DNA of 64,000 bases, taken from NCBI GenBank assembly GCA_051294375.1, contig CM119265.1, forward strand, positions 15,600,963 through 15,664,962. Direction: 5' to 3'. The notes below the pieces were generated by a model that saw nothing but the letters and a program-made list of their open reading frames with translations, was not told the DNA's origin and ran no database searches. The stretch comes from Paraspadella gotoi. Its lineage: Eukaryota > Animalia > Chaetognatha. Made by a program: the position numbers and the translations under genes. Below are positions 26,671 to 42,811 of this stretch, piece after piece (the stretch's first letter is position 1; each line of letters opens with the position of its first letter).

Positions 26671-29126
26671 TCAGAACCGACCACCTGGTCGGACTGGATT
26701 CATCAACATTGGCGGTCGAGAAATCATCGGCGCCGCCTGATACATCACCGGTGGCGCTCCGTAACCCGAAGAAGCAGCACCGGCGAAGGTCGGAGGCGGC
26801 GCCGGTGGCTGATGTCGCTTCTGGTATTTGGGAAATTTGGCGCGACGTTCTTCCAGCGAAATGTCTTCCTCCGGATGCACGAGACGCGTTCCAGACGCCG
26901 ACGCGATCGCCGTTTTGCGCGGTGGCGCTGCCGTTACCGTGGACGATGCGCCACCCGAAGACCCAGTGGCCGAGACTCCCGAGTTGTAAGCCGGAAAGAG
27001 ACTTGGTGCTGAAGTGGCAGCAGAGACGGGAGCCGCGCCTGCGATCGGTCGGAAGTCCGCCCCAACAGCCACTGAAGATGCGGCGCTTGGGGCTGGAACG
27101 GAAGATGCAGCGGCTGCCGCGGGGAAGAGAGGCCGCGAAGGAACCACGGCAGCTGGGGCGGCCGGCGCGGCCGGGGCGACGGCGGCCGGCGGGACGACGG
27201 CGTTAGCAGAGGGAGCTGGTGGTTGCGGAGGTTGGGGTGGGGCGGCGACGCCGTAACCGCTCGCACCTGCCATAGCTGGCCCCATCGGAGGTCGTGGCAT
27301 ATATGGATTTAAAGGGCCTCCCATAGGAGGCCCTCCCATCATAGGACCCATCATGGGACCACCCATCATGTAAGGCATCATCATGGGAGGACCACCGGGG
27401 CGCACGGGGCCGGGCATTCCCATGGGCATCATGGGCCCGCTCATCATCGGAGCCGAGGAACCTGTGTGGGAAAGACGCCATATATATATAATAATATATA
27501 TATATAAGGAAATGAATTGAATCTTAAACTTTAAGAACTCACCGGGATACCCATAGCCAGAATTCATCGGACCCGGAGGAGCAGGAGCTGTGGAAGGTCC
27601 GGGAACGCCTACCGATCTACCTCCGACATCCTCGTCATCAGAATCCCCGGGAGATTGACTCCTATGTCTGGCACCCGGGTTGGATTCGTGAGCGGCCAGA
27701 TCTTCGGGAGGAATGCCTTCCATGCCGTAGATCTCGATCTCAATGTTTCCTGGACGAAAATAATAAGTTAATGAAAGTCATGTTGCTTCTGCTAATTAAA
27801 AAATACTGACAAACCAACGGTAATTGGTTTTAATTTTTTAGCTACGGCTAATTTTAGTCTAAGCAGTATTTCAAGAATTAATGATAAATATTTCATTAAG
27901 TACTTCAAAGTTCAAAAACGTGTGGAAAAATTGACAAGGAGGCAGTATGTTTCCGAACGCACAGAAGTGGCTCAAGAATGATTGGATTCCCACTTAGCGG
28001 AAGTGAGGAAACATGATCTGTTTTACTACTATCCTACGTAAGTCTCTCAAGACTAGCTTATTAGCATAAATGCTAAATAGTAACATATGCATGTATTTTT
28101 TTATAGTTTAAACTGAACACGCTCGCTTTTCAGAAAACTCTACAGAACATGTATCCGAACCACAGTTCTGAGGCTCAAGAAAAGTCTTTCTCATCGAAGA
28201 TGAGGAAACATACTGATTCAGTTACCTTTATTGAGCAGCGGGGACATATATAGATAACTAAAAACAATACCTGCAACCACACTTTTATGCCTCTTATCGT
28301 GACAATCTCATAAAAAAATATTGTTATAGTTGAGATCTACAGAAAGATGCAACCAAATTGAGTTAAATTCTTAGAACATATTAAATGCTCGAGAATATAT
28401 ATTTTTAAAATGTTAACTCTGAAGTATTTATAATATATAAAAAACTTTATTTTAAAGTTAAAAAAAATTGTATGATGGATTTGCGTACCTTGCAATATAA
28501 TTTTAAAGGAACATCACGCCGGTTTACTGTTAAATAAACTTACCTTTATTCGGCAGCGAATTCGGTACCTTTTACATACATTTAAACGATGATGTTCAAT
28601 CGATGGCCATGTAAAAGAAGTAAAACAATACAGATTAGCGTGGATTCTACATAAGGTCTGGATTTTATGTACCTTAACAATGTTTATCCAGAGAGTTCAT
28701 TTCAAAATGATGGCGCCAACGTCAAAAAAGAAAAAGGCAACAAAATACTTTAGTAACACAATTTGTTCGTCTAGTTTTCTTTCTTAAAACATACATACAC
28801 TGATGGCTAATTAATAAACCATGTAAACAAATTAATCAATTATTAAGTTTTTATCAACAACAAGTGATTACCTTATCCATTTTTTCTTTGTGGACTTGCA
28901 TGCAATGGATGGCTAAGCCTGGCCCTGTATACAATCTTTTATGACATATGTGACACTTGAAATGCTTAGCCTTCTGATGAACTATGAGAATCTTCTCGTC
29001 GTCGAATTCCCTAAAAAAAAAAAAGAAAACTTTAGTTTAGTTTGTCTAAAGTAATAAGTAACCAATCTCTTACCTGTTACAGTACCAACACCAAGGCTTT
29101 TGGACCTTCTTCTTTTTACGACCCAT
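26671..29126 (-). CDS. ZNF207: BUB3-interacting GLEBS zinc finger protein ZNF207/BuGZ
   Basis: [18 protein letters not shown]|[41 protein letters not shown]; 25-nt microexon 28568-28544 (VPNSLPNK); [10 protein letters not shown]; GLEBS-like [15 protein letters not shown]. Confidence 0.96.
27943..28215 (-). ncRNA. Putative duplicated structured intronic RNA element (two ~75-nt copies) in a ZNF207 intron
   Basis: Copies 27943-28020 and 28143-28215 share CCGAAC..CACAG..GGCTCAAGAA..TGAGGAAACAT, with stems preserved despite divergence; mismatches read as G-U pairs on the minus strand. Confidence 0.4.
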
Positions 29127-30516
29127 TTTCGAAGACAATAGTCCGTTATTAACCTGCTCCACAAAACAAAGAAATAGTCGCAGCGTTTTCAGTTAGACAA
29201 AAATAAAAAACGAAAGCTTCAACATGATAGTCAAAGTTGGACGATACAATCAGCTCAAATTTAACATTATTAATTTAGGTTCAAAATGAATAAAAAATTT
29301 GTCCGAAACGCGTCCGTAGAAAATATACGTAATAAAAAAAATGGAAAATTTATTAAACAAAAATAAAAATTGGAATGTATTACGGGCAAAAGTTGGAGGG
29401 ACCTAAGTAACATTATTGACGTTTACCTTCGTTGAATTCAAAAAAAATGTTACAGTGCAACAAGCAAAACGCGGGTAAAAGTTTCAAAAAAAAACTTTTC
29501 TATTATTTAAAAAAAAACGACATCCGCAATTACAAAAGATCACAGTGTCTTAGGTAGATTTATTGATTTAAGCTGTTAAGAAAAATCGTCTTGAGATGAA
29601 ATATCACTGCTGGATAAGGACGTAATTTCATTCTGGATGTTGGTTATCGTGATTTTAAGAGCACCTACTCGGTTGTACGAGTAAAGAAAATTAAAGAACG
29701 AGGAAGATTTGGCTGATTTCACGCGTTGCTTTCACATGAAGAAGACAATTCGGGAGCTTTTTTATATATTTTAAATCATGGCATATCATAAGAGGTTTAG
29801 CGGTGTAGAGCATTTTAGAGAAATGCAAGCGTTTGGGAGATACGAGTAAAAAAAAAAAAGAACTGCCGATGAGCGTTATTTACGAAACCGAATGCCACAA
29901 GATTGGCGGTACGAAAAAGTAGTGGAGAAAAAAGAGCTGTTGGCGAGCGTTAGTTACGAGACTGAATGCCGAGAAGGAAGAGTTGTAGACGCAACGCGGC
30001 TACGAGGGAGTCGTGAAGAAAAGACTGATTTCTTAACGAAATCGTTTACAACTTTGCCAATCAGCCGTGAAACTTGAAGGTACTAACTGCTGTTTCATTA
30101 TTCATATAATTTTTTTTATGCTTTAAATTCGACAATGCTCCAAATTTTAGTCCAACAAGAGACGAGAGTTATATTCTCCTCGTATTTTAGTATAGAGGAA
30201 GATTGGACGAGCTTATCTTTTTATAATAGTGCAAAAGAGTAGTTCCAATGGGATCAGCATTTTTTTTGGTTCGAGAATACGCAACGGTAAGAGAGAAAAA
30301 TCTTTAGTAGACGAGAGATTAAGATACTGCAGCCAGAAACTAAAAATCAAGTGTAGACAAGCATAGAAAGACCGATGGGTCGGGATAAGATAATATTTAA
30401 GAGAGAAGTTGAAGTGAAGGCTGTAGTTGATATAACGAATTGGTCGTGTCGATAGGTTCGAGTAATGACGTTCAAATTTTTTTTAAACTAGAACCACAAA
30501 CGTTGCTTTAAGAGTT

Positions 30517-31910
30517 TTAACAGGGAGGTGAGGGGGTACGTGTCTGGGGAGCTTCGAACGCCCCTCTGTTGTCAGAATTTTCTTGAAAATCGTCACGACG
30601 AAAGGAAGCGCCGCCGCCGCCGCCACCGCCACCGCCACCGCGACCTAAGAAGAAAAGTTTTGATTTGGTTTTGATCATCGTATCAAAAAAATGGCAGCAA
30701 GTCCTAACCTCGTCCGTTATCAAAACGCCGTCCTCCACTGCCGTTATTGTAGCTCCGATCGCTGTTGTAACTCCTTTCGTCATTACCATAACCCCTATCT
30801 CCTTCGTTATATCCTCTATCTCCATGATAACTTCTCTCAGACGGATAATTTCTTTCACCTCCATAATTGCCACTTCCGCTCCTGTAACCGCCCCTTCCGC
30901 CTCTTCCGCCTCCATCCTCTCCGTAAAAGCGGTTTCGTTCGTAGCCTCGATCGTTTCCGCGATCGAATCCTCGATCGTTTCCGCGATCGAAACCTCGGTC
31001 GTAGCCACGGTCTCCGCCGCCTTCGGGTCGATCTCTACCTCGGTACGAGTAGTCGTCTCTGCTGTAGCCGCCATCCCTCCCGTTTCCGTAGTTCCTGCCA
31101 TCTCGGCCGTCCTCGCGCCGGAACGAATCGTTTCGGCCGCCACCGCGATCGTAGAAGCCGTTATGTCCTCGTCCGCCTTTTGCCATAAGGTCAGAATTAA
31201 TGTAAGTTGAGGCATTTGTATTTTATTTATAAGCCATTAACCTCCATCGCCTCTATCATATCGATCTCGACCATTGCCGCCGCCGTCATTCCGGTCACCG
31301 AAGTCCCGCCTCCCACCGCGTCCAAAGCCGTTATCACCGTCGTATCCGCCTCCGCCGACTCTTCCCCCGCCGTTCCCACGTCCACCTCGTTGGTTGTTGC
31401 GTTTTCCGCGCGATAATTGAACGCGGACGTTGACGCCCTTAATAAGAGCGCCATCCATCTCGCTGATGGCATCTTCGGCATCACGGTAATCTTCGAAGTC
31501 GACAAATCCGAAGCCGGGAGGATTTTTGGCCACCCAAACGTGCCTACAAAAAAAATCGAAGATGACAATGAAACAAGAATTGAGTTCGAAATTCCAGAAT
31601 ATTTTATCCCACCTGATTGGGCCAAATTTTTCGAAAGGCGCCTGCAACTCTTCCTCCGTCGTTTCGTGATGAAGGTCACCAATGTAAATCTGTGCGTTCG
31701 GTTTATTGGAGCGACGAGCGTCTGAGTAAAACAAAATATAATTTCTTAAAAATTAGTCTTCGATTATGTTTCCCTACGGTCAAATTGGTCATCAACAAGC
31801 TACCAACCTGATTCACCCGATCGGCCTCGAAACCCGCCTCCGCCAGCTCCTCCGCCTCCCGCCCCCCTGTCTTCATCTGCAAAATCCTCTTGGTCCTCAA
31901 AGCGCGTCAT
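30517..31910 (-). CDS. SRSF3/SRSF7-type RRM protein with long RGG/RGY/RGF low-complexity tail, paralog B
   Basis: MTRFEDQEDF...; RRM IYIGDL...VWVAKNPPGFGFVDFEDYRDAEDA...VRVQLSRG; exons with DRGYDRGFDRGN repeats; ends TRTPSPPC*. Confidence 0.85.
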
Positions 31911-32236
31911 GGTTTTTTTTGTTCTTCTCTCTCTTGTGTGAACTGATGGTTTTTTTTAAAAACCTTTCTCCTATAATCTCATCACAACAAGAAAATGCGC
32001 AGTGGCCTCCAACTCTCTCCACCTAGATTGGTTTCTATCGAAAAAAAGAAACTTTTCATGTATAAACCAACTTAATAGGCTAAAAATATAAAAATCGATA
32101 AAAATAAACATAAAATGAACTTTAATAACAAACAATGTATTTTAACGGTTTGAACGAAACGATACGCGACGATTTCAGGTGCTGGACAATGACGCATGTT
32201 TCTCTCTTCCGCGAAGCAGACGAAAGAACCGCGTAA

Positions 32237-36028
<3,792 letters not shown>

Positions 36029-36266
36029 CGTAAAAACAAAAAACAAAAATTCAACGAAACAAAACCTGTAAAAAAAAAGAAATAACAAGTAACGAAAATA
36101 TAAAATAGTATTAAATAACAAAGAAATCTAAACCAAATAAAAAAGTGAAAAAATACGTTTTAGTGTTCTGCAGCTAAAATTTCGGTAAAGTTTCTCTAAT
36201 GCTTCCCTATGTTTGTAAAATATCTGTAAAAACAAATGTTTGCTTCACCGATGTCCCAACTTGAGA

Positions 36267-39200
36267 TTAATTTTTTTTAGATTGTTTTTTTTCCATTTTA
36301 GCAATTTTAATTTCCACAATATCCAAATGCCTCTGCACATATTCCTCCCCAGGAGCCATTTTTATCACATCGTGAAGGCATTTTCTCGCTTCGTAGAGTT
36401 TTCCGCGTTCTACGTTCACAACACACAAATTATGCAGAGCCTAGAGTAATAGTCAAAGAATTAAACTAGGATTTCGCAATTACATCTATCATAAATTTAA
36501 GAATCACCTGATCGTTATTGGGATCTATTTCAAACGCGCGCTTGAAACAAAATTCAGCATAGGTGAGATTTTTCATTCGGTTAATCTAAATAAACAAAAT
36601 TCCAGATAATAAATACGTTGATTCATAAGGAAATATTTTGAATTCCCGCCATTCACCTGCAAATCTCCCATCAAAATGAGGCCTTTAACGTGATCTGGGT
36701 AATGTTTTAGCAGCTCCGCAGTAGCGTCAGTCGCTTTGAAGAAAATAGGCTTGGCTAAGTCATTGTTACCCTTACCCAACTTTTCCTCCGCAGAGGAAGT
36801 AAGTAAAAGAGCCAGATTGAAAAGTGCAGAACGGAAGTCGGGTTTGATGGAGACGGCGCGCCGGAAATATGTTTCGGCCAAAGCGTCGTCTTTGGCATCC
36901 ATCGCTAACATTCCCAAATTGAAGTGGATCTAGAACCGCGATGCGGCGAAAACATTGATTACAATTGTATATTGATCTTACTATATTAACTTTTTAAGCA
37001 TACCTTCTCCACCGGTGGGTCGTTTTCTCTGTCTCTCTCATTAATCTCTAAAAGCTTCTTCAAACGCTTTTCAGCGGGAGCTCGTCTGTCTGGATCGCCT
37101 GTCTCTTGCATCATCACGGCGGAATTGAACAAGGACATTTTATGTTCCGGGTTGAAGGCCAAGGCCTTTTCGAACATTGAAAAAGCAGTAGTTTTGTCCT
37201 TATGCTCTTCTAGATGCAATACGCCCATGTTAAAATATACGTCGCTGTTGTGAGGGTCAATTTTTAAGGCGGTCTCGTACATCGCCATGGCCTCGCCGAC
37301 CTTTCCGAGTTTTATCAAGATATCGCCTCGATTGATGTAGGCCTCTTTAAAGTCGGACCTCATTCGAATGGCCTGCTTGTACAGTTCGTCTGCCTCGTGA
37401 TATCGACTGGGATCTTTCGCCATGATGTTGCCAAGATTAACGAAGACCTTGAGATGCTGCGGGGCGACCCTAGTGACGCCGCCTGCCTTTTCTTGCAGTG
37501 GCAACAGGTCCTTGGCGATCCAGAAGGCCTTTTCCGCTGCCTCTGTGTTTCCCAACGTATTATGAGTCCGCCCGACGTTCATGTGCGCGCCGATGTCGTC
37601 AGGTTGCACGGCCACTGCCATCTTGAAGAACCTCAGCGCCTCCGTGTAATTGGCTTTCCCCTCCAAGGCGTGGCCAACGTTGTTAAAAAGCTTGGCATTT
37701 TTTCGGTTCACTTTGACGCCAGAAAGAAAGAGTCGGCGTTCGTCTGTCCAGTCGTAGTTACGCCTGAAAGTCTGAAGCGTGTGGATGATGATCGTAAGGA
37801 CTAGGCAGAAGATGAGCAATCGCCTTGCGGTCGTCGAAACTTTTGACAAACGCGCAAAAGACTCACGGACGCCGACGGCGACCAAGACGCAAAAGCCCAT
37901 CGAGGGAAGGTAAAGGACGCGCTCGGCCACCACGAAGCCCACAGAAAATAATAGGTTAGAAGCAGGTAAGAAAGGAAGCGTCAAGGTGCACAGGGCGAAA
38001 GTCGTTGTCGGATACGAAATTGGATTGTCGTGGCACGAAGATCGCCAAACTACCCGCGCCGCCAAGGATAGATACACAACATAAAAGGCCGCCGTCGCAA
38101 GGTTACGTGGATCGACTAGGTCAAGGACGAGCGGAATCGTTCCCATAGTCCAATCGCAACAAAGTCGGGAGGGACACAGCAGTAACCAAGAGTTAACGGG
38201 GAGGAGGTAGTTGTAAGTCAATTGGCGAGCGGGGGTGTCCGCAGTGGAGGCGGGGTTATCGAAGCTGTACAGTGGAAGGGAGGGGGGAAATATAAAAATA
38301 CGCAAAATACATAAATAATATCAGTTAACCTAACCTTTTACCTCGTAAAAATCGGTAGCACCTCGCCCATAATTCGCATTCTAGCGTACAACAGGAAGAC
38401 GGTTAACCCAACAACGGGTGTTAGTCTAAACAGAGAGCTTTTTAGCGATTGGCCCAAAGACTTTGAGCCATTGTCTGCGTTGGCTCTTTCTGATTTTCTC
38501 GGTCCATTGGAGGAATTTGGATTCAACGCTGAACCGTTGACCGATCCCGATGCCTGAGATTTTTTCCTCCTCTTCTCCACCGGTTTCGCTTTCGCGAAAA
38601 AAATGGATTTGAGATTGAACCCGAGGCAACACGTGACCTCGTAAACACAACAAAGGCCAGCCACGGTTATCCCTTGCTCCTTAGATAGTACGGCCAGACA
38701 GAGTAAAATGAGACAAAGCGCCAGCGAGGGACCTGTGTTCAAAGAGAAAAATAAAGTTACTACGCGATCAGGGTTCGAGGGTAATCGAAAGAAATTCTTA
38801 AGTTTTACTAATACATCAGGTCAGATAATTTAACCTGACTCTTTTAAAGATTTGAACTGGGAGGCTCGATGATAACTTTTAAATGAAAGAATGTAAAAGA
38901 GGGACGAAAGGAGTTCAGCCCGACCAACAACTCCGGTTACGGCCTCCGTGTGGACGGGATGGACGGCGAAAAGGAGAGACGCTATTAATGGTATAGAGGA
39001 AATCGAGCAAAGAAGCCTGTTACAAAAAGGAAAATCGTTGATGACATGCAATTTTCAGACAGATTAAAGTATAAAAACTTTGTAATAGTAATATTATGTT
39101 ATTTAAGTGACGACAAAAAACAAACAAACTCATAAGGTATTTTCTCTCTCCCCTAAAATCTCCAAGTCCTAATCCTATTCACGTGAAGGCATGGTTTCAG

Positions 39201-42200
39201 TGAGTCGGCGATGACCGATTCACCACGACCAGACCGCATGCCAATATCGTGTCTTCAAGCGAGAAGCGAAAGAGGCAGGCATTCGGACAAAAGCTCGAAT
39301 TAGGTTTGGGGTTCATCGAATCGAGTCGAGGTCAAAATCGCATCGAACGAAAAATCGTCAGAAAAACGATACAGCGAATTTTTTTTTATCTACTCGTGCG
39401 TCCACGTGCGTCGGGTAAGTACACAGTATACGTAGTAGTCACTTATTTCGAATATTGCTCATAATTCATTATTTAGCGAATTCTTTTAAGAAGAAAACTT
39501 TTAAACTTTAACCATTACAAAAAACAAAAACAATTTATAATAAAACAGTAAAGCTATTGCGGTCTTAAAATATGTCAATGAATTTTTGAGAATATATTAT
39601 TACATAAATATATTATATATATATATTATATAATATTTGTCAATAAATAAAAGTGCAATTATAAATCTTCACAAAAGTTTTTTTCCTGACAAATTAATAC
39701 TAGAAACTAGACAGTACACGCACACATAATTTATATATATATAATATATATATTAAGTTGTGATATAAATCTTTTTTTTTTCGTTGTTTGGGACGATTAG
39801 AGACAGTTTGAGTTTAGTTTTGACAACGATTTTATTTAATTCAAAACAGACATGTTTCGGCTTCATAGTAGATGAAGGCTTGAAATGAAGCCGAAACATG
39901 TCTGTTTTGAATTAAATAAAATCGTTGTCAAAACTAAACTCAAACTGTCTCTAATATATTAAGTTTAAAAGCACAAACAACTTCCTGATACAAATAGATA
40001 ACTATTTGTTCAATAAAGCTTAATTATAATAAAATAAAGATTTTCATTCAATTTTTTTGTTTACCTTAAACAAGAAAATAGAGCAGCGCATACGCAGTAG
40101 TGTAAACAGAGATTAATGAAATGATAACCGACGGGTGAAAATCCGTGAAGAATGTAATTGAGGCGAAACGTGGCGACGGTGAGAGGCCGATAACTTTTGT
40201 GAGATCGTTCGGCCGTCATCGGCGTACCCCAAAAATCGTTAAACAACAGATTACTCCAGGGCGTCTCCGGCAAAAGATCCTAAAAAGCAATATTCATCAG
40301 AATAATAAAATATTGAAAAAGTATTGACAAAAAATAAGATTAAAAAGAATTTATTTATATTTCCCTCTTTTTCCCGCCACAGACATGGCCAACTTTGTTC
40401 GTAACTTCACACGGCCGAGAAGATCTCGCTACGATGGGTATTCGGATATGGAGGAAGAAGTATCCTTTTGCTACTTGACCTGCCCTTGCAACGACCCAAA
40501 CGCTTCTATCCTCCGAGTGTGGCGGGAATGCCAGTCATCTACTCGTCGGCGACATAGACTTCATCACGAATTCAAACGCGTCTGGATCTTCGTGCTCACA
40601 TTTTTGTGCTACATGGCTTATCATGGAGTCCGAAAACCGCCGAGCGTCGTTAAAAACGTTTGGCACCGCAACTGTACAAACCTGGAAAGCCCGTCAAACG
40701 AAACCCTCTGCAGCTGGGCCCCGTTTGAAAAGGAATCAAACTACGCCACGCTCTTCGGAGTCTTGGACAATTCCTATCTCTTTGCTTATGCTTTGGGAAT
40801 GTTCCTCTCGGGCCCGCTCGCAGAACGCATGAACGTTAAGTATTGCTTAGGGTTCGGCATGATTCTTTCCGGCTGTTTCGGGATCCTCATAGGCCTGGCA
40901 TTCTACCTAAATGTTCATAGCCTATGGTACTTTGTGATGTTTATGATTGCCGCCGGATTAGCAAACACTTCCGGTTGGCCACCAATTGCTGCCATTCTCG
41001 GTAGCTGGTTCCCTAAGGACCAACGTGGGCTTATATTTGGCCTGTGGAACTCCTGTTCCTCAGCTGGAAACATCCTAGGAGCCGCTTTGGCGGCAGCCTT
41101 TGTGAACTACGACTGGGGCATGTCGTTTGTTGCTCCGTCCTTGGTCATAATTGTCGTCGGTTTTGTCGTCTTCCTCACATTCTCCTTTATCCCGGTTGAC
41201 GCGCGCGATGCCTTCGACAACACTCCAGAAGCATCTTCCAGCATCAACCTCGTGGAGCGTTCCCGATCCAAGGAGTCACCTCAGGATCCCGAAACGGTTG
41301 TTCTGTTGCCAAAGACCAAACGTCAGCGGGAATCGGCCATAAGTTTTATTGGAGCGCTCAAAATACCAGGAGTCGTTCCTTACTCGTCCTCGCTTTTTTT
41401 CATTAAGCTCGTGTCGTATACTTTTCTCTTTTGGCTTCCCATCTACATCAAAACCTCCACAACGTACGATCCTTCTCAAAGCGCTAATTTGGCAATTACT
41501 TACGACATCGGTGGCATCGCCGGCGCAATTGCTGCAGGATACGCGGCAGATAAGTCGGGAAAAAGCGCGCTCGTTTGCATCGTGATGTTGGTCACGGCGA
41601 CTCCGGCTATGTACCTGTACCAGTATTTGGGAGACCACGAAATACCTCTTGCGGCGAACGTCGTCATCTTACTGCTCATCGGATTCGTAATTAACGGCCC
41701 TTACTCACTTATTTCTACCTCTGTTGCGGTCAACTTGGGAAGCCACCGATGCTTGGAAGGGAACAAGAAAGCTTTGTCGACGGTCTCCGCCATCGTAGAC
41801 GGTTCTGGTTCGGCGGGGGCGGCCATCGGTCCTTTGCTGACTGGCCTTCTGATCAGCGCCTTCGACTGGGAAGTCGTTTTCTTCATGCTCATAACTTCGA
41901 ACCTACTGGCGGTCGTGCCCCTGGTATACATGATCATCCGAAAAACCAACCAAAATTCACGAATCTAACTCCGCTCCGAATTACATCAACTCACAGGAAC
42001 AACAAACCATAGCGAACTTCACTGTACATATTTATAGAATCCAGAACTTATAAAATATGTTTTTAATGTGGGCGATACGTACCTGATTGTCTTTAATTGC
42101 GCTAAGGTCGTCAAAGACGAAATCACATTGTAAAGAATTGGAAAAGATGACTGAGCAGACTATCATCAATAAGAGATATGGGTGATGGGGCAGTTGGTCC

Positions 42201-42214
42201 ATCAGAGACGACAT
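36267..42214 (-). CDS. TMTC3: Protein O-mannosyltransferase TMTC3 (TM region + TPR repeats)
   Basis: FVFDD..AIKDN|[82 protein letters not shown]; TPRs [13 protein letters not shown] and [15 protein letters not shown] are TMTC3-like. Confidence 0.93.
39750..39965. mobile_element. Penelope-like element-derived palindrome (71-bp perfect arms, hammerhead remnant) with ~10-bp target-site duplication
   Basis: Arms 39796-39866 and 39885-39955, 18-nt loop; GATGAAGGCTT..AAGCCGAAACATGTC followed by AATAAA; ATATTAAGTT at 39750-39759 and 39956-39965. Confidence 0.75.
40385..41968 (+). CDS. SLC37-family sugar-phosphate/phosphate exchanger (MFS), single coding exon, nested antisense in TMTC3 intron 1
   Basis: 527-aa ORF with [63 protein letters not shown] and [20 protein letters not shown] motifs of SLC37A1/2/3. 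Confidence 0.93.
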   Translation: MANFVRNFTRPRRSRYDGYSDMEEEVSFCYLTCPCNDPNASILRVWRECQSSTRRRHRLHHEFKRVWIFVLTFLCYMAYHGVRKPPSVVKNVWHRNCTNLESPSNETLCSWAPFEKESNYATLFGVLDNSYLFAYALGMFLSGPLAERMNVKYCLGFGMILSGCFGILIGLAFYLNVHSLWYFVMFMIAAGLANTSGWPPIAAILGSWFPKDQRGLIFGLWNSCSSAGNILGAALAAAFVNYDWGMSFVAPSLVIIVVGFVVFLTFSFIPVDARDAFDNTPEASSSINLVERSRSKESPQDPETVVLLPKTKRQRESAISFIGALKIPGVVPYSSSLFFIKLVSYTFLFWLPIYIKTSTTYDPSQSANLAITYDIGGIAGAIAAGYAADKSGKSALVCIVMLVTATPAMYLYQYLGDHEIPLAANVVILLLIGFVINGPYSLISTSVAVNLGSHRCLEGNKKALSTVSAIVDGSGSAGAAIGPLLTGLLISAFDWEVVFFMLITSNLLAVVPLVYMIIRKTNQNSRI

Positions 42215-42811
42215 AGTCTCCGTTTTCGCTGGACAATTTAATGTTCTTTAAAAATATACATCGAACTTTATCTAAAATAAAGAGAACCAACATCGAAGTG
42301 AGTATCAAATACTATTTTTGGTTAAAAAACAAGTTACAAAATTAAGTGGGAAAAAATGAGGTGAGAGAGATCTGATGGTGAAAAAAATATCACAAACGTG
42401 CTTGATCACAATGTGACTCGGTTTAAGTCGGCATTAGTTGTCTATGCTTTGTCATGCGTTTTAAGTCCATTCATTTTGTATATATTCTCCTTTCAATGTG
42501 TAATTATTTTTTCGTTTGGCCTCCGTATAAAAGATGGCTCATTCTAAATTTTTCTCCTCGATCCAAAAGTGATCCCGTAGTGAGATTTCGTCTCAAAACA
42601 TTAGTGTCCGAGGCGCTATGTCCATATGATTTTGTCGCACCCGCCGAATGCCCTCGAAATTCTGATAATGTACAAAAATATGTTTTGCTTAGAGTAGTTT
42701 GTTGAAGCTCTGTTGACTGATTGATCAACTTTTGTATTATAATAGAAACTTTTCACTCTGATAAATTTTCGGGAAAATCTGAGAATCAGAATAGATATAG
42801 TGAAATTATTT

